Positions 17,427 to 26,761 of a DNA stretch of 64,000 nucleotides are shown one piece after another. The first letter of the stretch is position 1. Each line of letters opens with the position of its first letter. The notes under the pieces were generated by a model. The model did no database searches, was not told where the DNA came from, and worked only from the letters and a program-made list of their open reading frames with translations. Location of the stretch: IMG/VR virus record IMGVR_UViG_3300012984_000010, one strand, 5' to 3'. A program made the translations under genes and the position numbers. The stretch comes from a virus (lineage: Duplodnaviria; Caudoviricetes).

Positions 17427-17876
17427 ATGAAAATAGAAATCAAACTATTGGGCGACCTAGTTATCGACATTCCGAGATACGCCACCGCTGGTGCGGCAGC
17501 TGTCGACCTTCGGGCGGCCATCAAGGAGCCCTTGACGCTGGCTCCATTGGAGAGGGCTCTGGTGCCCACCGGTATCGCGATGGCGATTCCTGAAGGCTAT
17601 GAGGGGCAAGTACGGCCCCGTTCGGGTCTGGCGCTCAAGAACGGCATCAGCCTCACCAATTCCCCTGGGACGATTGACAGCGACTACCGAGGTGAGGTGG
17701 GGGTGATTGTCCACAACCTGGGCAAAGAACCCTTCATCATCAGCCCTCTGGATCGTATCGCTCAATTGGTGTTCACTAGGGTTGAACAAGCCGAATTCAC
17801 CAAGGTGGATCAGCTCAGCGACACAGTCCGTGGGGCCGACGGTTTCGGTTCTACTGGTGTAGGTAAATTAGGATGA
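17427..17876 (+). CDS. dut: Trimeric dUTPase
   Basis: [38 protein letters not shown]. Confidence 0.97.
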   Translation: MKIEIKLLGDLVIDIPRYATAGAAAVDLRAAIKEPLTLAPLERALVPTGIAMAIPEGYEGQVRPRSGLALKNGISLTNSPGTIDSDYRGEVGVIVHNLGKEPFIISPLDRIAQLVFTRVEQAEFTKVDQLSDTVRGADGFGSTGVGKLG

Positions 17877-18406
17877 AACTCAGCGACCTGTTCTACGTGG
17901 ATACGCTTGAAGGTAGGCCGACCGAATTGTGGCCGCTCACCCACATTGCCAGCCGAAGGCTAGTCTGGCGATATCGTAAACCAGATGGCGCCGCTGTCAT
18001 CAAATACAGCGAGAATCCAATAGACTTGGAGATACTTCAACAGACCACAGGAAACAGGATCGATCTCGACTATTACCCAATGACGGATCAGCAGATCGAT
18101 CAGAACACCCGAGAACTCTTCCGATACGCCTTATCAGAAGAGCCTGATGTGCGGCTGGTTAGAACTGAGGAGCTGGCCCCATTTTTCAAGGAAAGTCTGC
18201 GTGGCTTAGCCTATGTGGGCGTAGACGAGTCTCAAAAAGACTTGGACCTTGGAGTCCCAACAATCGTCTTACCCAAGTTCACCGTATCTCCGGACCGAGT
18301 GGTGGGGATAGGGGTGAAGCACTTGGGAGTAGTTTCCAAGAGTCATGAGGGGGTGGGGATGTTCATGACACTAGGTAAGATTCGCAGTGCTTATCTGCGC
18401 CAGTGA
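17873..18406 (+). CDS. Hypothetical protein
   Basis: ATGA overlap; class B motif (17856-17861) 11 nt before ATG. Confidence 0.7.
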   Translation: MKLSDLFYVDTLEGRPTELWPLTHIASRRLVWRYRKPDGAAVIKYSENPIDLEILQQTTGNRIDLDYYPMTDQQIDQNTRELFRYALSEEPDVRLVRTEELAPFFKESLRGLAYVGVDESQKDLDLGVPTIVLPKFTVSPDRVVGIGVKHLGVVSKSHEGVGMFMTLGKIRSAYLRQ

Positions 18407-18604
18407 ATCGACGTCTCGCCTGATGAAACGATAACGGGCCGGATCCATCAGGGTGTCGATCGACACCCTGATGACCGTTGTAGGCCGTGTGTCGTCCGGC
18501 ATCCTAACGACACATCGAAGTGGTTCACCCTTCCATGGACGATCCAACACAATGACCTGCCGGCCCTCCGTCAGGTCTTGGTAGACATACCCTCGCTCAA
18601 TCAT
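18371..18604 (-). CDS. Hypothetical protein
   Basis: Class B motif (18616-18621) 11 nt before ATG. Confidence 0.65.
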   Translation of the reverse strand: MIERGYVYQDLTEGRQVIVLDRPWKGEPLRCVVRMPDDTRPTTVIRVSIDTLMDPARYRFIRRDVDSLAQISTANLT

Positions 18605-18637
18605 ATGCTGTTCTCTACACCAGTCATCAATGTGGCG

Positions 18638-19141
18638 TTATTGCCCGTCGTTCAGACGTTGGACAACAACTCCTTCCCAAGCATTGGTGATTAGGGCTTC
18701 GAGTTCGGGAGTACCCCCGTATCGACGGACCAATGATTCGAGGTCTTCAATCGACACGTAGGGGACCATTCGTTCAGATTTGAGACGTGGGATAGGCGTT
18801 ACTTCCCGCCGAGCGTTCGCCATCTTGGGGCTAAGCACCGCCTCTACATGAACCTCGTTGAGTTCGATCGGTTGGCCGTTCTTCTCAGCCACGAAGACAC
18901 GCTTTAGGTTGTGAGCGTCCAAAGCATCCGAATACTTTACGACCCTTCGGGTAGCTTCTGTGAAGCCGACTTCTTGGTTGAAAGGAAGTTGGTATCGGTT
19001 GGCGAACCTATCTGGAATCTTGACCTTCCGCTCGATGAGGATTCGCATCCATTCCTCCGGACCTTGAGGGATGGCCTCTTTCAGGAGGCACTCGATGTCG
19101 TCTTTTTCTTGGGGAGTCAGATGGATAAAGCTGGTGAACAT
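18638..19141 (-). CDS. Hypothetical protein
   Basis: ORF in the - strand operon. Confidence 0.65.
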   Translation of the reverse strand: MFTSFIHLTPQEKDDIECLLKEAIPQGPEEWMRILIERKVKIPDRFANRYQLPFNQEVGFTEATRRVVKYSDALDAHNLKRVFVAEKNGQPIELNEVHVEAVLSPKMANARREVTPIPRLKSERMVPYVSIEDLESLVRRYGGTPELEALITNAWEGVVVQRLNDGQ

Positions 19142-19371
19142 GTTTTCTCACATGTGGGGCGGCTGATGCCGACGTAGACGATTGCTTGTGGGTCATATCC
19201 AGCTAGACGGGCGTTCGTTTCAGCCTCAACGTCTGTCGTGGCGTGACACCACCAATTGTTGTCCCCCACTGTCTTGAGCCAAGCGAAGCCGTCTTCTAGG
19301 TTGAAGATCAAGGTCTGCTCATCCCCTACTTGGCTGGGCTTTAGGACATTGTGGATTGCTTTCAGTTCCAT
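19117..19371 (-). CDS. Hypothetical protein
   Basis: TGATG coupling gives start MELKAIH at 19371. Confidence 0.6.
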   Translation of the reverse strand: MELKAIHNVLKPSQVGDEQTLIFNLEDGFAWLKTVGDNNWWCHATTDVEAETNARLAGYDPQAIVYVGISRPTCEKTCSPALSI

Positions 19372-19652
19372 CACTTTGATTTCCGTTGAGGTCTTCGCTT
19401 GTTGACTTTTCGGTAGAGCCCTAGGCCGATGTCGTGAGCACTCTTGATCTCGTATCGCCAACCTTTGTTTCGGGTATAGAACCGGAACACGACGTAATAC
19501 AACCACCCATAGGTGGGGTCTTCTTCAGCATCGACGATAGCTCGTACGTAGTATTTGCCTGGTCTAAATACCAGTTTGGGGGTACCGTGTCCGATAGCTG
19601 GACCTTCAAATACATCCCCGATTTCAGGAGGGGACGGGTTCTTGTCTAACAT
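19371..19652 (-). CDS. Hypothetical protein
   Basis: ORF; ATG 19652. Confidence 0.65.
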   Translation of the reverse strand: MLDKNPSPPEIGDVFEGPAIGHGTPKLVFRPGKYYVRAIVDAEEDPTYGWLYYVVFRFYTRNKGWRYEIKSAHDIGLGLYRKVNKRRPQRKSK

Positions 19653-19660
19653 GATCAATC

Positions 19661-20089
19661 CTACATCTCAGCTGGAGCTTTGACGATCTCGAACCAGTCC
19701 GATCCATCGACTCCGAGGATGCGGCTATCGAATGCGTCCAGGATGCGGGTCAAGCCTTCAGTCCAACCGGAATCGTGGAACGCCATACGTTCCCAAGCGG
19801 TCGCCTCTTTGACGTAATCTTTACCTGCCTTGGGGACGTCTTCCTCACCGTCGAACTCAAGATCGTCTTTCGAGATCAAGTCCCAGCGTTGGCGAAAGTA
19901 GACACCCACGTAGTTCTGAGGAGCGTATATCAGGATGTCGAGATGACGATAACCGTCTTCTTTCTCGGAATCGATCTGCAGCTTCAGGGAAATCTTCAAG
20001 GCCTTTTGGCCTTTACCTTCCTGAAATTTACCGGCTTCCTTCTTGAAGGTCTGAACGATGATGCTGGTCAGGACGCTGTTGGGGATCAT
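19661..20089 (-). CDS. Hypothetical protein
   Basis: Class A promoter 6 nt before ATG. Confidence 0.75.
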   Translation of the reverse strand: MIPNSVLTSIIVQTFKKEAGKFQEGKGQKALKISLKLQIDSEKEDGYRHLDILIYAPQNYVGVYFRQRWDLISKDDLEFDGEEDVPKAGKDYVKEATAWERMAFHDSGWTEGLTRILDAFDSRILGVDGSDWFEIVKAPAEM

Positions 20090-20095
20090 GTCCTA

Positions 20096-20123
20096 TAGAA
20101 CGGAAGACCTGCTGAGGAGTTAA
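20096..20123 (-). promoter_or_regulatory. Class A promoter
   Basis: TTAAC-N15-CCGTTCTA-N6-ATG(20089). Confidence 0.8.
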
Positions 20124-20126
20124 GGG

Positions 20127-20167
20127 AAAAAGAAAAGGCGCTTCGAACCATTCGAAGCGCCTTTTCT
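20127..20167 (-). terminator. Rho-independent terminator
   Basis: AGAAAAGGCGCTTCGAA-TGG-TTCGAAGCGCCTTTTCTTTTT on -. Confidence 0.9.
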
Positions 20168-20200
20168 ACGACTACCTAGGGACGAGGACTTACACCAGCA

Positions 20201-20467
20201 CTATTGAGCGAAAGTGGGCAGGTGGGGAAGGCGGGACACACAATGCCAGCCGATTCCGTGGAAGGTTTCGGAACCGGAGATGGTGGTCTCAGCTCCCACC
20301 AAGTCCCCCTCATCCTCAGGACCGTCCACTACGACAACCCAAGTAGCTGTCCCGTAGGCGGTTCGCTCTTGACGGCGGACCTCGGCCCAACGGGTGGGGT
20401 ACATGGCGCCGCTGTTTAGTTTGACCAATTGACCGATGGGGAGTTGGTGTGCATGTCGTTGTGTCAT
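20201..20467 (-). CDS. Hypothetical protein
   Basis: Class A promoter 6 nt before ATG. Confidence 0.75.
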   Translation of the reverse strand: MTQRHAHQLPIGQLVKLNSGAMYPTRWAEVRRQERTAYGTATWVVVVDGPEDEGDLVGAETTISGSETFHGIGWHCVSRLPHLPTFAQ

Positions 20468-20473
20468 GTGAGA

Positions 20474-20501
20474 TAGAACGGAAGGGGGTTCAGAAAATTA
20501 A
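20474..20501 (-). promoter_or_regulatory. Class A promoter
   Basis: TTAAT-N15-CCGTTCTA-N6-ATG(20467). Confidence 0.8.
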
Positions 20502-20505
20502 GGAT

Positions 20506-20733
20506 CTACAGTGTGAGATGGTGGGGCGCCAGCAAAGCTAGCTTGTGAATTTCTTGATTGGTCCAGCCAAGATTGCGGAAGACCCAATATAGTTCCGGTT
20601 CTGGCACCACTACATCCAATTCTATCAGACAGAAAGCCGCCCCAGCTGGACCATTTTTGGCAGCATCGTCTTGGAACAGGTTGAGGAGAGCGAATCTGTC
20701 CTTCAGGGACAGCTTCATGAAGTGTTGTCTCAC
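20506..20733 (-). CDS. Hypothetical protein
   Basis: GTGA overlap with the upstream stop. Confidence 0.6.
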   Translation of the reverse strand: MRQHFMKLSLKDRFALLNLFQDDAAKNGPAGAAFCLIELDVVVPEPELYWVFRNLGWTNQEIHKLALLAPHHLTL

Positions 20734-21050
20734 GACTCTCCAGTGAGCTCCAAGGCCTTGATGAAAGCCAAGGCTCGCCCGTAAGCTTCCAAGGATTCGA
20801 TTCCCGATACGGTAGACGAGCTACCGATCTTGAAGGATCCGTCTTCGAACACATCAATGATGAAAATTCGGTGGAACTGATCCCTACCATTGAAACTGAC
20901 GGTCGCCACACTAGTGCGAACCTCGCCGTTGCGGAAATCGTCGTACCTTCCGATTTCGATTCTGTCCAAAGGGGTCATAACTTCGGCCGCCACCACTTGG
21001 ACGCGCATCATGTTGATCTTAACGTTTTCCGGCTTCTTCGTTTGGGTCAT
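20730..21050 (-). CDS. Hypothetical protein
   Basis: Class A promoter 6 nt before ATG. Confidence 0.75.
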   Translation of the reverse strand: MTQTKKPENVKINMMRVQVVAAEVMTPLDRIEIGRYDDFRNGEVRTSVATVSFNGRDQFHRIFIIDVFEDGSFKIGSSSTVSGIESLEAYGRALAFIKALELTGES

Positions 21051-21056
21051 ACCCGA

Positions 21057-21084
21057 CAGAACGGATCGGGGTTCAGAAAGTTAA
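21057..21084 (-). promoter_or_regulatory. Class A promoter
   Basis: TTAAC-N15-CCGTTCTG-N6-ATG(21050). Confidence 0.8.
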
Positions 21085-21090
21085 GCCGCG

Positions 21091-21882
21091 TCAGTCCAAA
21101 CCCAAGAATTTCGTGTACCCTGCGTCCGCATATATGAGGTATCCTCGGCCAGAGGTATCACTCACCGCGGGGGTATCGGTACCTGCATCAACGTCTACTG
21201 TGGTGCCGCCACCGCTCTCAACCGGCTCAGAGGCATCGGTTGCAGGAGCACCTGTTATGGTCCAGTTGCCGCCCGTACCACCGTTCACCTCAACATTGGT
21301 CGATGAATCGAGGTCCAACCAATGTAGGTTGGTTCCGGAAGGAGCAATACTTTGACGGGCATTCTGGGAAGCTGTCAAAGCAGCCGCATCACTAATGGTG
21401 GTAGCCTGACACCAAAATCCTTTGACGTTACAATCCGGTTGCTCTTCACCGAATTGGTCATTTCCAATATACAGACCGTACCCCGCACCAGTGAGAGCTG
21501 TAGCACAGTCAATTGAGATTGATGTCCAAGTAGTTACATTCTCTGCCCTGTATCTGAGTGTGTAGACTGTACCTGACCCGCTATACTGCAACACGAAAGC
21601 TCGCCAAGCAGTGTCGGAGCCGCTAACAATCACATGTGTGTCGATACTTCCACCTCCGTTTGCGAAAGTGAATGTTGAAAGATCAGTGCTACCTGATGCA
21701 ACAGCTAGTTGGAAGCCTTGAGAAGCGCCTCCAGTATTACCGAACGCCACAACTGCAGTGTCACCTGCAGGACTATAACCTCCAGTTCTAACTTGTGACC
21801 ACCAACCCATATGATAGGCAGCGTTAAGAGTTGGAAGAGTTGTAGTGCTGAGACCGTCCAGAGTAAATCGTACTGAAGTCAT
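21091..21882 (-). CDS. LamG/concanavalin-A-like beta-sandwich protein (probably virion-associated)
   Basis: Gly/Thr/Ser-rich beta composition, GLYIGNDQFGE, GTNLHWLDLD..TN...GNWT; ATGA start 21882. Confidence 0.6.
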   Translation of the reverse strand: MTSVRFTLDGLSTTTLPTLNAAYHMGWWSQVRTGGYSPAGDTAVVAFGNTGGASQGFQLAVASGSTDLSTFTFANGGGSIDTHVIVSGSDTAWRAFVLQYSGSGTVYTLRYRAENVTTWTSISIDCATALTGAGYGLYIGNDQFGEEQPDCNVKGFWCQATTISDAAALTASQNARQSIAPSGTNLHWLDLDSSTNVEVNGGTGGNWTITGAPATDASEPVESGGGTTVDVDAGTDTPAVSDTSGRGYLIYADAGYTKFLGLD

Positions 21883-22640
21883 GCTAATCCCCAAGCTGAG
21901 AAGGCTGTGGCACTGAAGATCTTCGGATCATCTTGTTGCCCAGGTGAGTTGTTTTCTCGATAGAACCCTATTCCAGGATTCCCTATGCGGTAATATGCAG
22001 ATCGTGCAGGTGTGATTCCTATTTGAGTCACCACACCAGTGGTGGCGCGAACCATCCAAACGGTGACGACTCCTGTTTGAGTCGTGTCGTTAAGAATCAA
22101 TTGAGCACGGAGCTTGTCTCCGTCATGCACTCCGTGACTTTGGAAAGCTGATGAGAACTCGTCTACCGTATCAGTACCGTCGAGAAACCTAGCCACATAT
22201 CCCAGAATCCCGTACTTACCTTGCAACAGATTGATCTCAATTCCGTCAAAGTCAGTGTCGTTATATTTGGCGTCACCAGGATTAGTACCCACGTGACGAA
22301 CGGGTCCGAACTTGGCTCCCAACAGCAATTCAACCTCAAGATCTCCCACTGGAGTGGCAGTTAGCGAGATGGTTAGTTCACAACCGTGGTTATGTGGGAA
22401 CCCACTGAGGAACGCCTGAGAGTCGTTGTAGACTGGAATGAATTTCTCATCTCCCGTTTGGTTTCCCCAGCAAACACCACTCCCTTTCTGACAAGCTGGT
22501 TGATACGGGCTGCCAGTCGTCCAAACTCCGCCTTCAGAAAGCGGGTTTTCAGCCGAACCGCTGAAAGTGGTTGAGTAAGTTGGTAGTGCAACCTGGTCTA
22601 GTGAAGATCGGTGGTTTAGGTCTACATCAATCAGACTCAT
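21879..22640 (-). CDS. Lectin-like beta-sandwich protein, paralog 3 (MSLIDVDLNHRSS)
   Basis: Shared N-terminal peptide and ENPLSEGGVW...PGIGFY; ATGA start 22640. Confidence 0.7.
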   Translation of the reverse strand: MSLIDVDLNHRSSLDQVALPTYSTTFSGSAENPLSEGGVWTTGSPYQPACQKGSGVCWGNQTGDEKFIPVYNDSQAFLSGFPHNHGCELTISLTATPVGDLEVELLLGAKFGPVRHVGTNPGDAKYNDTDFDGIEINLLQGKYGILGYVARFLDGTDTVDEFSSAFQSHGVHDGDKLRAQLILNDTTQTGVVTVWMVRATTGVVTQIGITPARSAYYRIGNPGIGFYRENNSPGQQDDPKIFSATAFSAWGLA

Positions 22641-23386
22641 GGCAACCCCACTGCTGAGAAAGCCGTGATGCAAAACTTCTGACGATCAGAATCAGTCGTG
22701 TTATCCTGGTTGTAAAACCCGATACCTGGTTGACCAATCAGATAAAGAGATGTGTCGGTATGCGAGCCGAAGATGGTCTCGGAGCCACCACGCTTCATCG
22801 AAACGGTGACGGTCCCTGTCAGATCAGTATCGTTAAGCACCAACTGGGCACAGAAGATATCGCCGTCGTTGGGGATACCCCAGGAGGTGCCCGCCGCACT
22901 CAGGTCTAGACCTACGTTGTCGAGGAAACGGTAGATACCTACGAAGATTCCGAATTGTCCAACGGCGAAGTTGCACTCACATACGTTGGTGTGTGTGGGA
23001 CCATAGAACGGCGTCGGGCTTCTGAGGGCCCCCACCGAAGCTCCCAGCAAACACTCAACCTCAAGATCACCACTCCAACTGGCTCCCTTGTGGATGGTGA
23101 TCTCCACTCGTTGGTTACGGCTATAGAAAACATTAGGCGAAAGCCAAGCTTGGGAATCGTTGTACTTCCCTGGAGTGCCGTCAGGTTGTTGGTACTCCAG
23201 CCCTGATTGGGTGTTGAAAGCTAATCCATTTGCAGTCTTAACGACTGTCGATAATGAATCGGCTCCAGTAATCCACGCACCTGACTCAGAGATAGGGTTC
23301 TCTGTAGCACTGAAAGTGGTACTGAAAGTGGTGGGCACCGCATCCAGTGATGACCTGTGATTTAGATCCACGTTAATCAGGCTCAT
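22637..23386 (-). CDS. Lectin-like beta-sandwich protein, paralog 2 (MSLINVDLNHRSS)
   Basis: Shared N-terminal peptide and ENPISESGAW...PGIGFY. Confidence 0.75.
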   Translation of the reverse strand: MSLINVDLNHRSSLDAVPTTFSTTFSATENPISESGAWITGADSLSTVVKTANGLAFNTQSGLEYQQPDGTPGKYNDSQAWLSPNVFYSRNQRVEITIHKGASWSGDLEVECLLGASVGALRSPTPFYGPTHTNVCECNFAVGQFGIFVGIYRFLDNVGLDLSAAGTSWGIPNDGDIFCAQLVLNDTDLTGTVTVSMKRGGSETIFGSHTDTSLYLIGQPGIGFYNQDNTTDSDRQKFCITAFSAVGLP

Positions 23387-24042
23387 AGGGTTGTCGCCTG
23401 GAAGTGGGTGAATCCGTATTTGTTGCCGGCCGGCGATCCCTCAGAATAGAAGCCTATGCCAGGTGCACCACTGGTGAACTGTGTATCAGTTCCGCTAGCG
23501 ATCGGACTACCGTTTAGGTATACGTTGATCGAACTGCCAATGATTGTGGCGCTAAAAATGTCTCCGTCATTGACCCCACCCGATACAGGATTGCCTGAGC
23601 TGACCCATGTGAAGTCGCCCAGAGTGGTGCCTTTGCCAGATGTCGGCCATTTGATGATCTCGGCATACCCACCGTCATGGGCAAGGTTACATTCATATCC
23701 GTAGGAGACATGAGGGCCATCGACCCAACGAAGCAAGATTTCCGTCTCTTGGAAGTTGCTAGTTCCTGATGCCTTGTGGATCGTGACGCTGACCGATTGA
23801 TTGGGCCCGAAGCCCATCCCGGCCAAGATGGCGTATGAGTCATCGAAACCGTTAGTTCCGGCCTGAGTGCCGTACGCAATACCGCCGGACTTGATGACGT
23901 TGGTCCAATCAAGTCCATGGTTCTGCCAGACCCCACTTTCGGACAGCGGGCTTTCCGAGCCAATGAAGTTGGTCGAATAGCTGACAGGCGCTACATAGTC
24001 TGTAGATGACCTGTGGTTAAGGTCTACATTGATCAAGGACAT
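23383..24042 (-). CDS. Lectin-like beta-sandwich protein, paralog 1 (MSLINVDLNHRSS)
   Basis: Shared N-terminal peptide and ESPLSESGVW...GAPGIGFY. Confidence 0.75.
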   Translation of the reverse strand: MSLINVDLNHRSSTDYVAPVSYSTNFIGSESPLSESGVWQNHGLDWTNVIKSGGIAYGTQAGTNGFDDSYAILAGMGFGPNQSVSVTIHKASGTSNFQETEILLRWVDGPHVSYGYECNLAHDGGYAEIIKWPTSGKGTTLGDFTWVSSGNPVSGGVNDGDIFSATIIGSSINVYLNGSPIASGTDTQFTSGAPGIGFYSEGSPAGNKYGFTHFQATTL

Positions 24043-24136
24043 GGGAACACCCCATTCCTTGATCGGCAGTTATGTTGCTCGTGAATCACCATGGCCTTCG
24101 AAATGGCCGTGGCAAAAGAGCACTATTGAGCTTTGA

Positions 24137-24643
24137 TTAAGCCCAGAATGTGTAGATAGATTCCTTCAGACGGGCCGCAACATCTTGGATCCCCAAGAAA
24201 TTGGTCAAGGCCAAGACCGTGAAGGGGACTTCCCCTCTGAGATGTGGGTAAATCCCCACCTCTAGTTCAGCATAGCGAGGTTCCAGCTCGTTTTTAGCTG
24301 TTGATTCTGAATAGTAGTCGATCGAATCATCGTACCGTCGAAGTTCTGGGTGTCCAGGAGGGATAAGTTGCAACACACCTTCAATCCCGAACTCTTCATC
24401 GTGAATCACACAGTCCCCCAAGCGTAACTTCTTGGCCGAATCTTTCAAAAGGCACTCGAATAGCACCAAGTCTGTCCTGAACGAGGGGGTTTCCGGCGGC
24501 AACTGCCGGCGGTTCTTCTTGATCCAGCCTAGGAACTGCTGAAGAGAGCAGTCCCAGGCCCGTTCCTGGATGTCTCGCCAATCTTTGGGCGGTACAAAGT
24601 CCTGCACACCGTATCCGACCGACTTGTGTATTCGAATGCCCAT
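24137..24643 (-). CDS. Hypothetical protein
   Basis: ORF with TGATG coupling. Confidence 0.7.
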   Translation of the reverse strand: MGIRIHKSVGYGVQDFVPPKDWRDIQERAWDCSLQQFLGWIKKNRRQLPPETPSFRTDLVLFECLLKDSAKKLRLGDCVIHDEEFGIEGVLQLIPPGHPELRRYDDSIDYYSESTAKNELEPRYAELEVGIYPHLRGEVPFTVLALTNFLGIQDVAARLKESIYTFWA

Positions 24644-24795
24644 CAGCTGTTCAGAATTATCAGAATCAAATGAACGGTCACTGAAGCTGTGCAGCCTATC
24701 GCCGCCAGAGCAACCTCATATCGCTCAGCCGCCACTGCCAGCAAACCAATCGACATCGAGGTTAGTCCAACACCCGCCCAATGATAAGACTTCAT
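24643..24795 (-). CDS. Small two-TM membrane protein, 50 aa (not in ORF track)
   Basis: MKSYHWAGVGLTSMSIGLLAVAAERYEVALAAIGCTASVTVHLILIILNS; overlaps neighbours at both ends. Confidence 0.6.
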   Translation of the reverse strand: MKSYHWAGVGLTSMSIGLLAVAAERYEVALAAIGCTASVTVHLILIILNS

Positions 24796-25172
24796 GGGAT
24801 AGGTACGTCCAAATGTTGGGCAAAACTAACAGGGGGCTTCGAATCCCAAATGCCTTCGATAGACCTCAAGTTCTGTCGATAGATAGCGTGCAGCCCTTTT
24901 CCCACCGGCATCAGCAGGTGCAAGAATGAAGTGTCGTCCAAAATCTCATGGTTGACTACTTCTACGGCGGTCCCCATCAAGATCACTTCCTGAGGCTCGT
25001 CAAGATTAATCTCTGGGAAGAGTGCGTTCCGCTGCAAATACAGCATCGTACCGATTGGAAAATCTTTCGTCAAAGAGAGGGCTGAGGTCAGTAACCCAAT
25101 ATTTTTCAACCCATGCTCCAACCCATCAAGCAGCTGTTGGAGTTTGGTTACACTTTCCGACAGGTCAGCCAC
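24792..25172 (-). CDS. Hypothetical protein
   Basis: ORF in the coupled operon. Confidence 0.65.
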   Translation of the reverse strand: MADLSESVTKLQQLLDGLEHGLKNIGLLTSALSLTKDFPIGTMLYLQRNALFPEINLDEPQEVILMGTAVEVVNHEILDDTSFLHLLMPVGKGLHAIYRQNLRSIEGIWDSKPPVSFAQHLDVPIP

Positions 25173-25584
25173 CTAACGGCCCCATCAGCGTCAAGGTTCT
25201 CTCTAACACATCGACGGTGTTGCGTGAGGTCATGCAGTCTGACGGGTATTCCCCCATCAGCTTAACGATTCCAGATGGGGAAGTGTAGAAAACCTCCATC
25301 CTCAACAAGGAATCCTGCATCTGAAAAGAGACGGTTGCGGGCTGTCCTTGGGCAAACGATATCGTCACAGTGAAGTTGACGTCTTGGTCGATGATCAGGA
25401 AACGTTCCGGCACCCTGAGTTCCAGGTACTTCTCAGCCGTTGGCCGGATGACCGCTTTGAAGCAAAACAGCTTTCGTGACCTGGCTTCATCCGGTCCCAA
25501 TTGGATCTTTGGTATAGCCGAGTTGTAGACTGCGGCTCGGTTTTGGATGTAGGCTTCTTCTTCGGGCGTTAAGTGCGGTTTCAT
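25165..25584 (-). CDS. Hypothetical protein
   Basis: Class B motif 10 nt before ATG. Confidence 0.7.
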   Translation of the reverse strand: MKPHLTPEEEAYIQNRAAVYNSAIPKIQLGPDEARSRKLFCFKAVIRPTAEKYLELRVPERFLIIDQDVNFTVTISFAQGQPATVSFQMQDSLLRMEVFYTSPSGIVKLMGEYPSDCMTSRNTVDVLERTLTLMGPLGG

Positions 25585-25594
25585 GCACCTGATT

Positions 25595-25608
25595 TACACC
25601 GCGGTGTA
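25595..25608. promoter_or_regulatory. Divergent class B motif pair
   Basis: TACACC-GC-GGTGTA; 10 nt to ATG 25584(-), 9 nt to ATG 25618(+). Confidence 0.75.
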
Positions 25609-25617
25609 CGACGTAAG

Positions 25618-25938
25618 ATGGGACCTTTTCGAATCAAGCCGTCCGAGTATAGGGTCGAGATCTCTGGCGAGATACACTTCATTTGGCAATGGGGTGTAGA
25701 ACTTGTATTCCCCATTGGAGGTGTGGTGGGAGACAAGTTCCCCGCCGACCGATGGCTCCATCAGGTCACAGTAGACGAAAATGGCAACATTTCTACTAGA
25801 ACCGACGAAGACCCCGCCCCTGAGGACATTCTGGTCACTGCCGAGATTGAAGGCATTCGGAATCTGGTAGTGATCGCTCCAGATCGGATGAAAGAGGCCA
25901 GAACCGTGGTGATGCTCAAAGAGGTACGGTTGTTCTAG
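25618..25938 (+). CDS. Hypothetical protein
   Basis: Start revised to ATG 25618 using the class B motif. Confidence 0.7.
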   Translation: MGPFRIKPSEYRVEISGEIHFIWQWGVELVFPIGGVVGDKFPADRWLHQVTVDENGNISTRTDEDPAPEDILVTAEIEGIRNLVVIAPDRMKEARTVVMLKEVRLF

Positions 25939-26468
25939 CAGGCGACTTGTCGGAAAGTCAGGTTCAAGCGAGGCCCTGATTTCTTGCTGGTGCGAGGGAT
26001 GCTGTGCTGCCACTCTTCTTGGACGCCAGGCGGCATGAATAGAATCGACCCGTGGTGGAGGTCAAAAGATTGTTTGACCTGATGATCGTCCTTCCGGCGA
26101 AGCTTGAAGGTCCTGGTCGCCCCTAACGACAGGCTAGCAACCGCCATCGGCGAAACGAAGATCTTCTCATCGTCTGAATGCCAGCCGACCGTGTCATTAC
26201 CGTCTCGGTAGTAGTTGAGCAACACCGCGTTGTACTGCTGTTCGGTCATCTGTTCGACCCGACCCTTTAGGTCCAAGATGATGGAAGGCATCTGGTTCGG
26301 CTCCCAAACGATGCCCGAATAGGCGTACCGTTTGGGGCCGTACCACTGGGTCAGTCGTGGTTGAGGGTAGACCTCTCCGTACACGGTAACGGACCGCTGT
26401 TCGAGTGTCACCGCCTCTAGAACGCCCTCTAGACTCAAGTCGGACAAGGTTCCGACGATACGGGTCAT
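25935..26468 (-). CDS. alkB: AlkB-family 2OG-Fe(II) dioxygenase (ALKBH2/3-like)
   Basis: QPRLTQWYG, NAVLLNYYRDGND.VGWHSDDE, SLSLGA.R.F, WQHSIP, PRLNLTFR. Confidence 0.92.
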   Translation of the reverse strand: MTRIVGTLSDLSLEGVLEAVTLEQRSVTVYGEVYPQPRLTQWYGPKRYAYSGIVWEPNQMPSIILDLKGRVEQMTEQQYNAVLLNYYRDGNDTVGWHSDDEKIFVSPMAVASLSLGATRTFKLRRKDDHQVKQSFDLHHGSILFMPPGVQEEWQHSIPRTSKKSGPRLNLTFRQVAC

Positions 26469-26722
26469 GATTCACCAAAGAATTCACGCTTGGACGAGCT
26501 GGTGTCAATGACCTCCAGACGCGGGTCACCCGTCAGAATGTTCAGGTTGATTTGAAGCCATGTCAGCCCGTAACCTTCCCTGGACTGTATCTCAAGGTAG
26601 GGAGGATATTTACCGGGGCCTGCCGCTTCCAGTTCTGGGAAAGGGGAGGTACCTTCGATTTGAATCGAGATTTTGTCTACATGCCCAGGACGAAGGATTA
26701 GAGTTACCTTTTTGATCTTCAT
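26465..26722 (-). CDS. Hypothetical protein
   Basis: Variant class A promoter TTTAG-N16-CCGTTAGA-N6-ATG (26729-26757). Confidence 0.7.
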   Translation of the reverse strand: MKIKKVTLILRPGHVDKISIQIEGTSPFPELEAAGPGKYPPYLEIQSREGYGLTWLQINLNILTGDPRLEVIDTSSSKREFFGES

Positions 26723-26761
26723 GGAATCTCTAACGGCCGTTAGTCGGAATCCCTAAAGCCC

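Noticed and set aside
20197-24131. 13-bp direct repeat AGCACTATTGAGC (20197-20209 and 24119-24131) flanking the lectin-like cluster, as a possible att or insertion scar
   Set aside because: Roughly 30 chance 13-mer pairs are expected in 64 kb ((64000^2/2)/4^13). There is no integrase, and one copy lies partly within a stop codon.
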